A stretch of DNA of 64,000 bases, from NCBI GenBank assembly GCA_038087875.1, contig CM075989.1:4836001-4900000 (forward strand), given 5' to 3'. How positions within the stretch are numbered: the stretch's first letter is position 1; every line of letters starts with the position of its first letter. Source of the DNA: Malacoraja senta. Its lineage: Eukaryota. Positions 49,861-61,869 of this stretch are shown one piece after another. The position numbers were made by a program, and so were the translations under genes. The notes below the pieces were generated by a model. That model was given only the letters and a program-made list of their open reading frames with translations, did not search any database and was not told the DNA's origin.

Positions 49861-52800
49861 TCTCTCATTTCTAAAGTCTAAACGGTCACAAGGTGGAGTG
49901 GGCTCCTCTTATCTCACTTCCTGATTTTCACTTACGTTAGCTAATTTGTTGATGTCCTTAAATTAATTCAGTGTTGCAGGAAGGGAACATTTCAGCAAAG
50001 GTTTAATATGATTATTTAGTTACTGGTGCTTAAAGATACTTCTTCTTCTTGCGTATGGTGTGCACAGCCTAAAGTTGTAAGACAACTTGTTCTGTTTGAT
50101 CTTCTGTTTATGCCCGCCAGGTCGATTGCATTCATCAAAACAGGGTGGACCACGTGAAGGTTGCAATCTCCCACCCCCTTAAGGATACATAGAAAATAGG
50201 TGCAGGAGGAGGCCATTCGGCCCTTCATGCCAGCACCACCTACAAGTCTCAGGCTTTCTGTTCCCAATTAAACAATCCTGTGAATGTCTCATCTTATGCA
50301 TGATTGGGGTAAAATTCTACTTTGATGTTATCATTGTGCGCCTTTAAACTTAAGGAAAAGTTTGAAAGATGTAGAGAAAACCCGCTGGGGTAATCTGTAC
50401 CAGAGACTTCAAAATAAAGGTGGTGATAAATAAAATCTACACACACAGGAGACTGCAGATGCTGGAATCTTCAGCAAAATCCGATTTCTGCAGGAATTCA
50501 GCAGGTCAGGCAGCATCTATAGAGGGTAGACACAAATTGCTGGTTTCAGTCTGAAAAAGGGTCTCAACCCGAAATGTCACCCATTCCTTCTCTCCAGAGA
50601 TGCTGCCTGTCCTGCTGGGTTACTCCAGCATTTTGACTCTATCTTCGGTGTAGTTCTTTCCTACACACGGCATCTATGGAGGGAATGGACTGAGAACATT
50701 TTGGATTGGGGGCCCTACTTCAGGCTTACACCCCTTGGTACATAGTGAGTGAGTGTTGTACTGTTAGAGGTGCTGCCCTTCGAATACAACGCTGATCACA
50801 TCTACTCCCTCAGGTGAAGTGGAAAATCCCATCGCACGGTGCAAAGAAGAGCAGGGTTGTTATTCCCTGGTGTCCTGATCAGTAGTTATCCCTTGCCCAA
50901 GTTTAAAGAAGCAGATCACCCAGGATGTAGAGAGGAAAAGCGGGATGAAGACCATATAACAGGTAGAGCCTATCTCCAGAGATGCTGCCTGTCCCGCTGA
51001 GTTACTCCAGCTTTTTGTGTCCATGTACGGTTTATACCAGCATCTGCAGTTCCTTCCTACACATTTCTTCCACTCCACTGTGAAACCTCCTCAAGGTATG
51101 TCTACTTTGAAGAAGTTCCCTTCCTCTCTCCAACGAGAGTTCTGTCTCCAGAGATGCTGCCTGTCCCGCTGAGTTACTCCAGATTCTTGTGACTATAATA
51201 GGTAGAGCATATTGCAGGTGGAATGACATACTGTTGGATGGAAAATCAAACCGTGCCCTGGAGTGATGAGGAGCCAGTTTGTTTTCCAACTGGGGGATAA
51301 GCAGTTAGCATACGGGAATGGATATTATTCCAGGCAGAAACCGTTCTCCATCGTGGACTATGACTATGTTTGTTTAAGCGTGTGGTATTTTTTTCCTTTT
51401 ATGACCAGGCGGGGATTTCCTGCTGAGCCCATCCTACCTGTCCCTCAACCACCCACTCCCTGCTTCCCACCGACAGGGTTCACTGGGAACTGTAATTGGG
51501 AACAGCAAGCCCAAGGGACACTGAGACCGATTGTTCTATTTTCCACTTGTCACTTTGGCTGAGACTGATTAACTTCCCACATATTGGAAGTTTGTCCTGA
51601 TACCTTCTTGTTCCGTCTGACTGTATACAGCTGACTATCTCCATGTCAGTGATAGGCATGGCAGCATGGAATCAGTAGCCGCTGCATACATGAAGCCTAC
51701 AGTCCTTCAGCAGAAGGTAGTGAATCTGTTTGGAGTCATAGTTCTGAACAAGGGTCTTGACCCAAAATATCACCCATTCCTTCTCTCCAGAGATGTTGCC
51801 TGTCGTGCTGAGTTACTCCAGCTTTTTGTGTTTATATAGAGTTATCTTTTAGTTTAGTTTATTGTCACGTGAAAACATTTTGTTGCGTGCTATCCAGTCA
51901 GCAGAAAGATAATATATGATTACAATCGAGCCATTTACAGTGTATTGATACATGATAAGGGAATAACGTTTAGTGCAAGGTAAAGCCAGCATAGTCCAAT
52001 CAAGGATAGTCCGAGGGTCACCAATGAGGTTGATAGTAGTTCAGCACTGCTCTCTAGTTGTGGTAGGATGATTCAGTTGCCTGATAACAGCTGGGACGAA
52101 ACTGTCCCTGAATCTGGAGGTGTGCGTTTTCACACTTCTGTACCTTTTGCCTGATGGGAGAGGGGAGAAGAGGGTGGCCACGGTCATACAGCACGGAAAC
52201 AGGCCCTTCAGCCCAATTTGTCCATGCTGACCAAAATGCCCTATTTACACTTGTCCCACCAGCCTGTGTCTGCCCCCCTATCCCTCGAAACCTTTCCTAT
52301 TTACCTACCTGTCTAAGTGTCTTTTACATGTTGTAACATTACCTGCATCAACAGCCTCCTCTGGCAGCTTGTTCCATACACCCATCCCCCTCTGAGAGAA
52401 AAAGGTGCTCCTCAGCTTCATATTAAATCTAGCCCCTCTCACCTTAAACCCATGTCCTCTGGCTTATGATTCTCCTGCTCTGGGTCAAAGCATTCACCTT
52501 ATCTATTTCCTCATTATTTTATACACCTCTGTAAGATCACCACTCGGCCTCCTGTGCTCCAAGGAATAATGCCCTAGCCTGCCCAACCTGTCCCTGTTGC
52601 TCAGCCCAGTTTGAACAACATTTTTCTGTAAAAGGCTGGCTCATTACAGTGGCAGTGTTACCCGCTTTCTATGGAAATTCACAACTAAAGTTGTCTACAT
52701 AAGTGGATGCCTGCCGTCCCCATCAGATTCATGAGAGCAGTCAGGCAGATTTCAGTAGCCGGAGGAAACCCCCCACATGGTCACAGGGAGAACGTTCAAA

Positions 52801-53679
52801 CTCCACATGAACAGAACCCAAGGTCAATATCAAGCCAAGGTCTCTGGCGCTGTGAGGCATGTTGCATGTTATCCAGTAGGCAGAAAGACCATTACAACAG
52901 GTGTCAGAGTTTATGGGGAGAAGGCAGGAGAATGGGGCTAGGAGGGAGATAGATCAGGCCATGATTGAATGGCGAGGTAGACTTGATGGGCCGAATGGCC
53001 TAATTCTACTCCTAAAACATGACCTTAAGACCTCTACCAGCTGTGCCACTGTGCCACCCTTGCACAACGCGCAATGTTCAGGAAACCTCTGTGAATAATT
53101 ACATTTATAAATGTTATATTAGGTTGGTCAAATGTTTATTGTACAGGGGGAATGAAACACTGGCCATTTGGGATAGCCAAGTGAACTATAATTGTATTTA
53201 CAGTTCAGATTATTGTCACATGTACCAAGGTACAGTGAAAAGCTTTTGTTGCATGCTATACCAGTCAGCAGAAAGACAATACATGATTACAATCGAGCCA
53301 TTTACAGTGCATAGATGCATGATAAGGGAATACTGTTTAGTGCAAGGTAAAGCCAGCATAGTCCGATCAAGGATAGTCCGAGCGTCACCAATGAGGTAGA
53401 TAGTTCAGCATTGCTATCTGGTTGTGGTAGGATGATTTTAGTTGCCTGATAACAGCTGGGAAGGAACTGTTCCCGAATCTGGAGGTGTGCGTTTTCACAC
53501 TTCAGCATTAATTGGATCAGGCTTTCATCTCACAACTGGCTTTTCACTGGCACGATGTTGAACAGGCGTCAATCTAATCCAATCCATTTCCTGTAGGTTG
53601 GTAATAATCAAGATTCACACCAAGTACTTTGGATAAAGTTATCCCATTCTGGGAAGCTCCATGCAGAAAGAAGACGTCA

Positions 53680-54575
53680 ATCCATTCAGTCCACCTTGGC
53701 CTACGCGATCTCCCAGTTGCCAAACACTTTAACTCCTCCTTCCCATTCCCACACTGACCTTTCTGTCCTGGGCCTCCTCCACTGTCAGAGTGAGGCCACA
53801 CGCAAATTGGAGGAACAAAACCACATATTCCGCATGGGCAGCTTACACCCCAGCGGCACAAATATTGATTTCCCTAATTTTCAATAACTCTTGCATCCCC
53901 TCCCCTCCCCCCCCTCCCCCCTCCCCCACTCTAGCATCCTACCAGCTCCACTTGTCGCATCCCTCTTGTCATCACACCTTCCCCAGCCAACAATGGACCA
54001 TTGTGGGCTCTACCCTTCCTGAGGTCATCTGTTGCAAGGCCTTATTTATCTGGCTTCTTCTTGCCTCCAGTTCACTCCCACCTTCAACCCTCCCCCACAC
54101 CCCCACCCCTCCACTCACCACCTCTACTTTTAGACTGAAGAAGGGTTTCGACCCAGAACGTCACCTATTCTTTTTCGTTTATGTCACCTATTCCTTTCCG
54201 GGAGAGGACCCGGCGGTGGGCGGTGAACGATGAGCCCACGTGAGTCCCGGCAATCGGTCGAGGATGTGCCGCTGAGAACAAAGAGGGGCCCGGCGTGGGG
54301 GGGCACCAAGAATAAAGAGGGGCCCGGCATGCGGAGGGGGACGGGGAGGGCCGAGAAGGATGAGGGACCATTGGGATTATAATTAATACTTTTGGAACTT
54401 TGTCAGCGCTCTTTAAGTGGCGACTCTTTGCATACTTTGTGGATTGTAAGCGGAACAAAGCATTTCACTGTACTTAAAAGTACATGTGACAATAAAGCAT
54501 AATTGAATCGTTGAATTCAATCCTCAGAGATGCTGCCTGACCCGCTGACTTACTCCAGCAGTTTGTGCCTATGTC
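53680..54575 (+). mobile_element. Penelope-like element 3' fragment (GIY-YIG C-terminus plus pLTR), interrupted by a GC-rich insert (~54200-54520)
   Basis: SHSHTDLSVLGLLHCQSEATRKLEEQNHIFRMGSLHPSG.NIDF, with a degenerate hammerhead at 54135-54162. Confidence 0.82.
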
Positions 54576-55017
54576 CACTTCCTACACCGCTGACTGCAGC
54601 ATCACCTTGAGATTGCTGTTGGCAGCTGCTTCTGACCCGTGAATAGTGACTTCATGTTTGTGTGTCAACATGCTGAGCCCCTGGAACATCGAGTCTCTGG
54701 CAAGCTGAAGAGGTACAAACATCAGAGGCTTGGTCATCCGGTGAAAGATTCCTGACTGCTGCCAGCTGCCCACGTGCCAGTATCCGGGCCAGCTGCACCA
54801 CCGCTAGTCCCCATCACACTCTGGCAATGCTACTTTGCTGTGATCTGGGCTTCTGAACATAGCCTGGTTGTTCAAACAGGCAGCAGCATTGAACTGCGTT
54901 ATGGACGAGGGAAAGGGAGAGAACATCAAATATGCGATTGCACAGTCAGTCATACTCTGATATAGAACATGATGTGCTTTTAGTTTAGTTTTAGTTTAGA
55001 AATACAGCGCAGATACA

Positions 55018-55375
55018 AGGATAGTTAGGCGCGACACAACTTTGGATTTAAATCTAACTATGGGCTGGGTGAGGTGGGTGGGGAGGGACGAGAGGCAGGT
55101 CACCACTTTTCTTTCTCTTTTTCTTTTTGTTCTTTTTTTTCTATTCCTCTCTTCTTTCTTTCTTTTCCCCACTATTTGGCTCCACCACTGGTGGTCTAGG
55201 GGTCCTATCTTTGCACATCTCACTTTTTCTCTTTCTTGCTCTTTCTCTTTTCTTTTCTTCTAATTCAAAGCTAAAAAGTCAAAATTGAATCTGTACAATA
55301 ACTGTATCATTTTATATGCCGTTTGTTCTACTCTTGTACATTTGCTTCTAATAAATAAAAATATATTTAAAAAAA
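55018..55375 (+). mobile_element. Poly(A)-tailed L1/Tx1-type 3' fragment inserted in a V-SINE tail
   Basis: AATAAA plus A-tail. A ~20-bp TSD AGAAATACAGC(G/A)CAGA(T/A)ACA lies at 54998-55017 and 55376-55395. Confidence 0.65.
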
Positions 55376-55667
55376 AGAAATACAGCACAGAAACAGGCCC
55401 TTCGGCCCACCGAGTCCACACCGACCAGCAATCCCTGCACATTAATACTATCCTACACTAGTGATATATTTTTTCCATTTAACCTACACCTATAACTTAT
55501 AAGCCAATTAACCTACAAGCTTGTATGTGTTTAAGTGTGGGAGGAAACCAAAGTTCTCGGAGAAAACCCACGCGGTCACGGGGAGAAGGTACAAACTCCG
55601 TACAGATAGCACCCGTAGTCAGGATCGAACCCGGGTCTCTGGCGCTGTAAGGCAGCAACTCTACCAA
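55376..55667 (-). mobile_element. HE1-like V-SINE
   Basis: Reverse copy; its tail continues at ~54980-55017. Confidence 0.8.
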
Positions 55668-56663
55668 CGCCTTTTCATCTTCAACTCCGGGCTGGTGTAA
55701 TGTGTGCAGAACACAGAATGTTAGGTAAAAGTGGAAGTATCTTATGATCATTCGAGTTAGCGTAAACTCCAGTCAGCTCGCCTGGGTTACATGCCCCATT
55801 CCATGGACCAGTGGGTTGTTTTTCCCTCGTACACATCAGAACATTGGGAAGGTTGGGTTGGGAATTTCAAATGAATTGATCCCTTCTGGCGGCTTCTGTT
55901 TTCTTTCAGCTCCCACCCAGGTTTTCCTGCTCAAAATAACCTCCCTCTGTGCTCCCAAAGTGACTGACTGCTCTGATGAATTCCAGGAATGGCAGGGTTG
56001 CGTTTGAATTTCCAACGCCAGCCTGTTTCCTTCTGCTGGAGTCAAAGCCGTGCTTGTCTGGGGGAGGCTGTGACCCCTTTGGTGGAGAGAAAAGCAACTG
56101 GGCAGCGGGATATGCTCAGTGCCTCCCAAAGGGTGGAGATTGATGGGAAGCAGATCCCACCGAGGTTGTGACAGGACTTGAATTGAATTGCATTGAATTG
56201 CCAAGGTATGCAAATAGTTGCCCATAAAGGGCGCTTACAAAGTTGCAAATTGCCCCCTCCCCCCTCCCCCCCCACCAGTTCCCCATTTTTTCTTCCCAAC
56301 CCACCCCCCCCCCCACACCCTCGCTCACGGCCGTTCCCCGACGTCGGGTTCTCCATTGTCCATTGCTCATTATGATGATCATTCTGTTTTCCAGCTGCTA
56401 CTAAAACTGGTAAGTTGCCCGCGTGAGGGGGAGTTGTACATTTGTGTCCCCACCCGAGACCTCGTCTATCTGTTCCCTCCACAGATGCCGCCTGACCGCT
56501 GTATCAGGACGACGTGACACGTTTAGTCTTTCTAGCCAGCGGTGAACTTTCAGGTGGAACTCCAGACTCCACAGCGGTTTGGAGGAATGAGCTCCAGATG
56601 TCAACCACATATTGCAGGATGAAAATGGGTCAAACGTACTGAATCTACACGTTGATCATCTCC

Positions 56664-56968
56664 ACGGTGGCACAGTGTGGAGTTGCTGCCTTACAGTGTG
56701 GGAGACCCGGGTCCAATCCTGACTACGGGTGCTGTCTGTACGGAGTTTGTACGTTCTCCCCGTGACCGCATGGGTTTTCTCTCAGATCTTCGGTTTCCTC
56801 CCACACTCCAAAGACGTACTGGTTTGTAGGTTAATTGGCTTGGTAAAATTGTTAATTGTCCCTCGTGTGTGTTGGATAGTGCTAGTGTACAGGATCGCTG
56901 GTTGGCACGGACTCGGTGGACCGAAGGGCCTGTTTCCACGCTGTATCTCTAAACTAAACTAAACTAAA
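56664..56968 (+). mobile_element. HE1-like tRNA-derived V-SINE (representative copy; others at ~6805-7090, 9865-10040, 24452-24715, 59630-59912, 60018-60310, 63017-63240, 63245-63555)
   Basis: Pol III box-like head, conserved central V-type domain, GAAGGGCCTGTTTCC tail shared with CR1, (CTAAA)n end. Confidence 0.85.
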
Positions 56969-57262
56969 TCTGATCACGCTATATAATGCGGCCTAAAGCA
57001 GGAGAGATGATTACATTTGGAAGAGAGAGATTGAATAAAAGAAAGAAAAAAAGACTTATTTATAATATCGTTCCTGTCCATTTCAAAACAATCCCAAAAG
57101 GACATGACCTTTGAAGTGTGCTTACTGGTACAATGAGGGAGTAAATGACGAAGTACATCAAAGAAACATGTAGCAGTCAGAACCATTTCCCCAGGGTAGT
57201 GGGCATGCCTTTACAGTGAGAGGGGCAACGTTTAAAGATGTGCAGGAGATTTTTACTCAGAG

Positions 57263-58299
57263 TAGCAATGTTACAACATTTTGAGATTTTAAAAATAAAG
57301 TCTGCAATTTATCCCATCAGATAAAGCATAAAAAGAAGTTTAATTTGACACCTAATTCACTTTCATATCTTCAGTATTAAAGAAGTTATGGCCATTTTCA
57401 TACTCGGAAATTAGCATCTTGTTCCCTATTGCTTTTCCATTGACTTAACACAAAAGCTGTGATCGAGGACAGTTAAAAGCCCATAACTTTCTTAAAAATT
57501 AAGATAACTGAAAGAAATTTTCAGTTATTATAGATTGAAGCATTCTGAAACAAATATGAAACAATCTTACTTAGAAGACATGAAAGTAAAGCATATAATT
57601 AGTTAGTTACCTAATTGTAGCTAATTACAAAATTCAATTACTAGATCTAAACATCTATCAATTTCTTAAGAATAAATTAACATTTTTAAATAGCCTAAGT
57701 GTCCAAATAACATTCACACAATAATTCACAATATAACATAATTTTTTTATCTCATTTTCATGAATTTACAGGCCAAATGGAAGGAATTGAATGTTTAATA
57801 CCTGTAAATTAATGGGCATTTAAATCATCTTGTGAGTGAGGATTTCTGGAACGCGATCTTTTGGAACGTTCATTTGCGATGAATTTAACCCGTATTGGCA
57901 TGAAAAATACTGCCGTTAATTCGGGGAATAAAATCACCGTGTCGCATGAAAAATGTGAATTAAAAGCTTCTTAAGAAGCACTTTTATACATTTAAAGAAA
58001 CCACTTTCGTTTACCTGTCCCATGTGTGAAATCCGTCCCCGTTATCGGCGTTGACGCTTCAGGAGCTGATTTTAAATTACTCTAGCGCTGACATTGACGA
58101 TTTAATAAAAATAAAAAATACACAAAAGGCCACTAGGACCGATTCTTCAGCCAACGCTTGTACTCCAACAAAATATTAACCAGTACAAGGTAGGAGAAAC
58201 CGCGTTTTAACCCCGCCCCCCCTTAAAGGCGCCAAAATCGCGCACACGGCCAGTGGCAGAATTACAGCGCGACTGAAGGTAAGTTTTGTAACATACCTA
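57263..58299. mobile_element. 1037-bp non-autonomous TIR DNA transposon with a 7-bp TSD
   Basis: TIR TAG(CA/GT)ATGTTACAA, with CTCAGAG at 57256-57262 and 58300-58306. Splits a CR1 3' fragment. Confidence 0.8.
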
Positions 58300-58707
58300 C
58301 TCAGAGGATGATGGGTTCCTGAAACACGCTACTGGGACTAGTTCATAAGTTCTAGGAGAAGAATTAGGCCATTCGGCCCATCAAGTCTACTCCGCCATTC
58401 AATCAAGGCTGATCTATCTTTCCTTCTCACACCCATTCTCCTGCCTTCTCCCCATAGACCCTGACACCCATGCTGGTGGTGGTGGAAGCAGCTACAATAG
58501 TGGGATTTGCGCTTTTAAGTTAGGCACATGGATATGCGGGGGATGGAGGGATAAGGATTATGTGCGGGCAGATAGAATTGGCATCATGTGTAGGAAGGAA
58601 CTGCAGATGCTGGTTTAAACCGAAGATGGACACAAAAAGCTGGAGTAACTCAGCGGGACAGGCAGCCATTCCTTCACTCCAGAGATGCTGCCTGTCCTGC
58701 TGAGTTA

Positions 58708-58920
58708 AGGGCTTGTCCCTATTTCACGACCTAATTCACGACCTCTGCCGAGTTTTCCCTTGACTCGTACTCGCAGTATGGTTGTCACGAGGTCGTAGGA
58801 GATGGTAGGGGGTCATAGGTAGGTCGTAGGTAGGCTGTGATGCTAGTTTTTCTATCATGATGAAAAATGTCCACGAGTAAAAAAGGTCGTGAATTAGGTC
58901 ATGAAAGTTGGACAGGCCCT
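58708..58920. mobile_element. Harbinger-like MITE inserted in a Penelope-derived fold-back repeat
   Basis: TIR AGGGCTTGTCC..TTTCACGACCTAATTCACGACC and its inverse. Splits GAGTTA|CTCCAGC. Confidence 0.75.
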
Positions 58921-60595
58921 TAACTCCAGCATTTTGTATCTATCGAGAGTTGGCATCATGTTCGGCAGAGACATTGTCGGCCGAAGGGCCTGTTCTTGTG
59001 TTACACTATTCTATATTCTGCCCGCTGTGTGGGTTTGTGCTTTCATAGTAAAACCCTTGCACGGTTGCCTGTGTTGAAGTCTGGACCATAAGCAGCCATG
59101 CGATCTGATCAGACAAGAAGCCAGGAGATAGGATGACAAAGGGGAGGGAGGAAAGTCGGGAGGTGGAAAGTGTGACCGCTGTTTGTAAGATTCGTGCTGA
59201 CAACAGGCAAGTGAAGGTTTTCCTGTAGCATCCCTGGAAGCAAGGTCCATCCTTCCCCCTGCATCTGCAATGAATGGGTGGAAACAGCTGCCGCCGGGAC
59301 CCAGAGTGAAGGGAAATTGAAGCAACATCAAACTAACCCAGTGGCAGGAAACATGGCGGCCCCAGGCTCAGAGGGTCAGGTAACAGGGGAAATACCACAT
59401 CATCATCCTGGATGGCCGTGAACAACATGTCACTACTTCTGTTCAAGTGGCAGTAAATGCTGGTGGCTTCAGGGTCCATTTTCTTCCAGCTCCTGGGGGC
59501 ATTCTTTTTTTTTCTATTTAGTTTAGAGATTCATTCATCATTGTTGAAAACATGCTACGTACGACAGTGATAGCAACTTCTACTGAAGTGTGGACGGCCG
59601 TTGGCTTGCTAGAAGCTCATCCGCCCTTTGTTTAGAGATACAGCAGGGAAACTGGCCCTTCGGCCCATCGAGTCCACGCTGACCAATGATCACCCGTACA
59701 CTAGTTCTATCCTACACACTAGGATTTACAGAATCAAATCATTTACAGAAGCCAATTAACCTAGAAACCTGCATGTTTTTGGAGTGTGGAAGGAAACCCG
59801 GTGAAAACCAACGCAGGTCACAGGAGAACGTACAAACTCCCTATAGACAGGATCAAACCCAGGTGTCTGGTGCTTTAAGGCAGCAACTCTACCGCTGCAC
59901 CACTGTTCCACCCTTTCATTTCAGTCGTAGTCATACAGCATAAAAACAGGCCCTTCAGCCCAACTTGTCCATGTCGACCATGGGCCATGGGTGCCATAGT
60001 AGCCATATATATTTAAACATAGTGGCGCAGCGGTAGAGTTGCTGCCCTATGGCGCCAGAGACCCGGGTTCAATCCTAACTACGGGTGCTGTCTGTACGGA
60101 GTTTGTACATTCCCCTGTGACCGTGTAGGTTTTCCCCGAGTGCTCCAGTTTTCTCCCACACTCCAAAGACATGCAGGTTTGTAGGTTAATTGGCTTCTGT
60201 AAATTGTCCCTATAGTCTAAGATACAACCAACTGGTCAGCACAGACTCGGTGGGCTGAAGGGCCTGTTTCCACGCTGTATCTCTAATACTACAAACTGAA
60301 ACCAAATCAAAGCTATTTGTCTACATTTGGCCCATATCTTTCTAAATCTTTCCAATCTATGTACCTGTCCAAGTGTCTTTTACATGTTGTTATTGTACCT
60401 GCCTCAACTACCACCTCTGGCACCATGTTAGCCCTTCGCTCTCCTCTACTGCTGAAGACTGGGAACTGTCCCTTCAGATGGACTTCCAAAGTAAATCTTG
60501 GATTTGGATCTAAGACTTGGATTGTTTTCTGTGGGAGGCCGAACGATGAGGGGAGACCCGATATAGGTATATAAAATGATAAGAGGCATAGATAA

Positions 60596-60827
60596 AGGGC
60601 CTGTCCCGCAGGTGGTGAGCGAGGATTTTGAGAATCCCAAAATCCTGGGGCGCCGTGCGTGACTGTGCGTCACTGCCTACGCCACCACGCCTCACCACGT
60701 GCCATGCGCGCGTAATGCACGCCATGCGTGCGTCACCCGAGCGTCACAACGTGTGCGTCGTGCATCGTGACGCGTAAATGATGTCGCGTAAATGACGCGC
60801 AAATGGCACCCAAGTGGGACAGGCCCT
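60596..60827. mobile_element. Harbinger-like MITE, CpG-rich interior
   Basis: TIR AGGGCCTGTCCC / GGGACAGGCCCT, inserted in a CR1 fragment. Confidence 0.72.
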
Positions 60828-61277
60828 CTAGAACCTTTTTCCCCAGGGAGACTAGAGGACATAGGTATGAAGTGAGAGGGACAAAGTTTAAAGGAAATAC
60901 GCAGGGCAAGTTTTTTACACAGAGTGTGGTGGGTGTCTGGAATGCGTTGTGGAGGCAGATACGACAGTGGGTTTAAATTACTTTTAGATAGGCCCGTTAT
61001 GCGGGGAATGGAGGGATATGGATCACGTGCAGGCAGAGGAGATCAGCTCAATTTGACATCATATTCGGCACCAACATGGTTGGCCGAAGGGTCTGTTCTT
61101 GTGCTGCACTGTTCACTGTTCAACCCACTGCTGTGGAATTTCCTTCCTCACTGCTTTGTGTTTATTCACTGCTATTGTTACTTCGAAACCAGGCTAAACC
61201 TAAAATTATATTCTTGAAGCCCAGCACTCTGCTTGCCGAAGGTACCCCCATATTTGGGTAGGGAGTTTCAGCATTTG

Positions 61278-61695
61278 GAGCCAGAGGTGAAGGCAAGGTC
61301 ACGCTGCCTCGGCAAGGCCAGCAGCATAATCAGGGACCAGTTCTACCCTGGTCACTCCCTCTTCTCCCCTCTCCCATCAGGCAAGAGGTACAGAAGTGTG
61401 AAAACACACACCTCCAGATTCAGGGACAGTTTCTTCCAGCTGTTATCAGGTAATTGAACCATCCTCTCACCAACTAGAGAGTGGTCCTTACTTCCCATCT
61501 ACCTCATTGGAGATCGAACTATCTTTAACAGGACTTTATCTTGCACAAAATATGATATCATATATCCTGTGTCTGTGCACTGTGGGCTTCTTGATGGTAA
61601 TCGTGTATAGTCTTTTCACTAACTGGTTAGCATGCAACAAAAACCTTTTCACTGTTCCACGGTACACATGACAATAATAAACTAAACTAAACTAC
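61278..61695 (+). mobile_element. Rex1/L2-type LINE 3' fragment (other tails at ~47010-47200, 51850-52180, 53205-53505)
   Basis: CLGKASSIIRD..PGHSLFSPLPSGKRYRSVKTHTSRFRDSFF plus a (CTAAA)n tail. Confidence 0.82.
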
Positions 61696-61869
61696 ATTAA
61701 GCCTCATGCAACCTGCAAGGCACCCTGCAGGAGGCAGCATTGCTATGCAATCCCACAGCTGCCCACATCCCCCTAGATATAGCATCAGAGACACGGGTTC
61801 AATCCTGACTCCAGTGCTGTCCCTGTTTAATTTGCACCCCTATCTATCCATCTATCTTCTATCAATCTA

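Noticed and set aside
51476..51495. GGTTCACTGGGAACTG resembles the minus-strand sequence at ~48000-48014 (both read FTGNC)
   Set aside because: The match is only ~17 bp and does not extend, so it is consistent with chance.
55836..56225. 129-aa minus-strand ORF as a terminal exon
   Set aside because: It starts inside a repeat tail, and has no recognisable homology or clear acceptor.
56664..56740. tRNA-like sequence
   Set aside because: It is the head of a multi-copy V-SINE, and no complete cloverleaf is evident.
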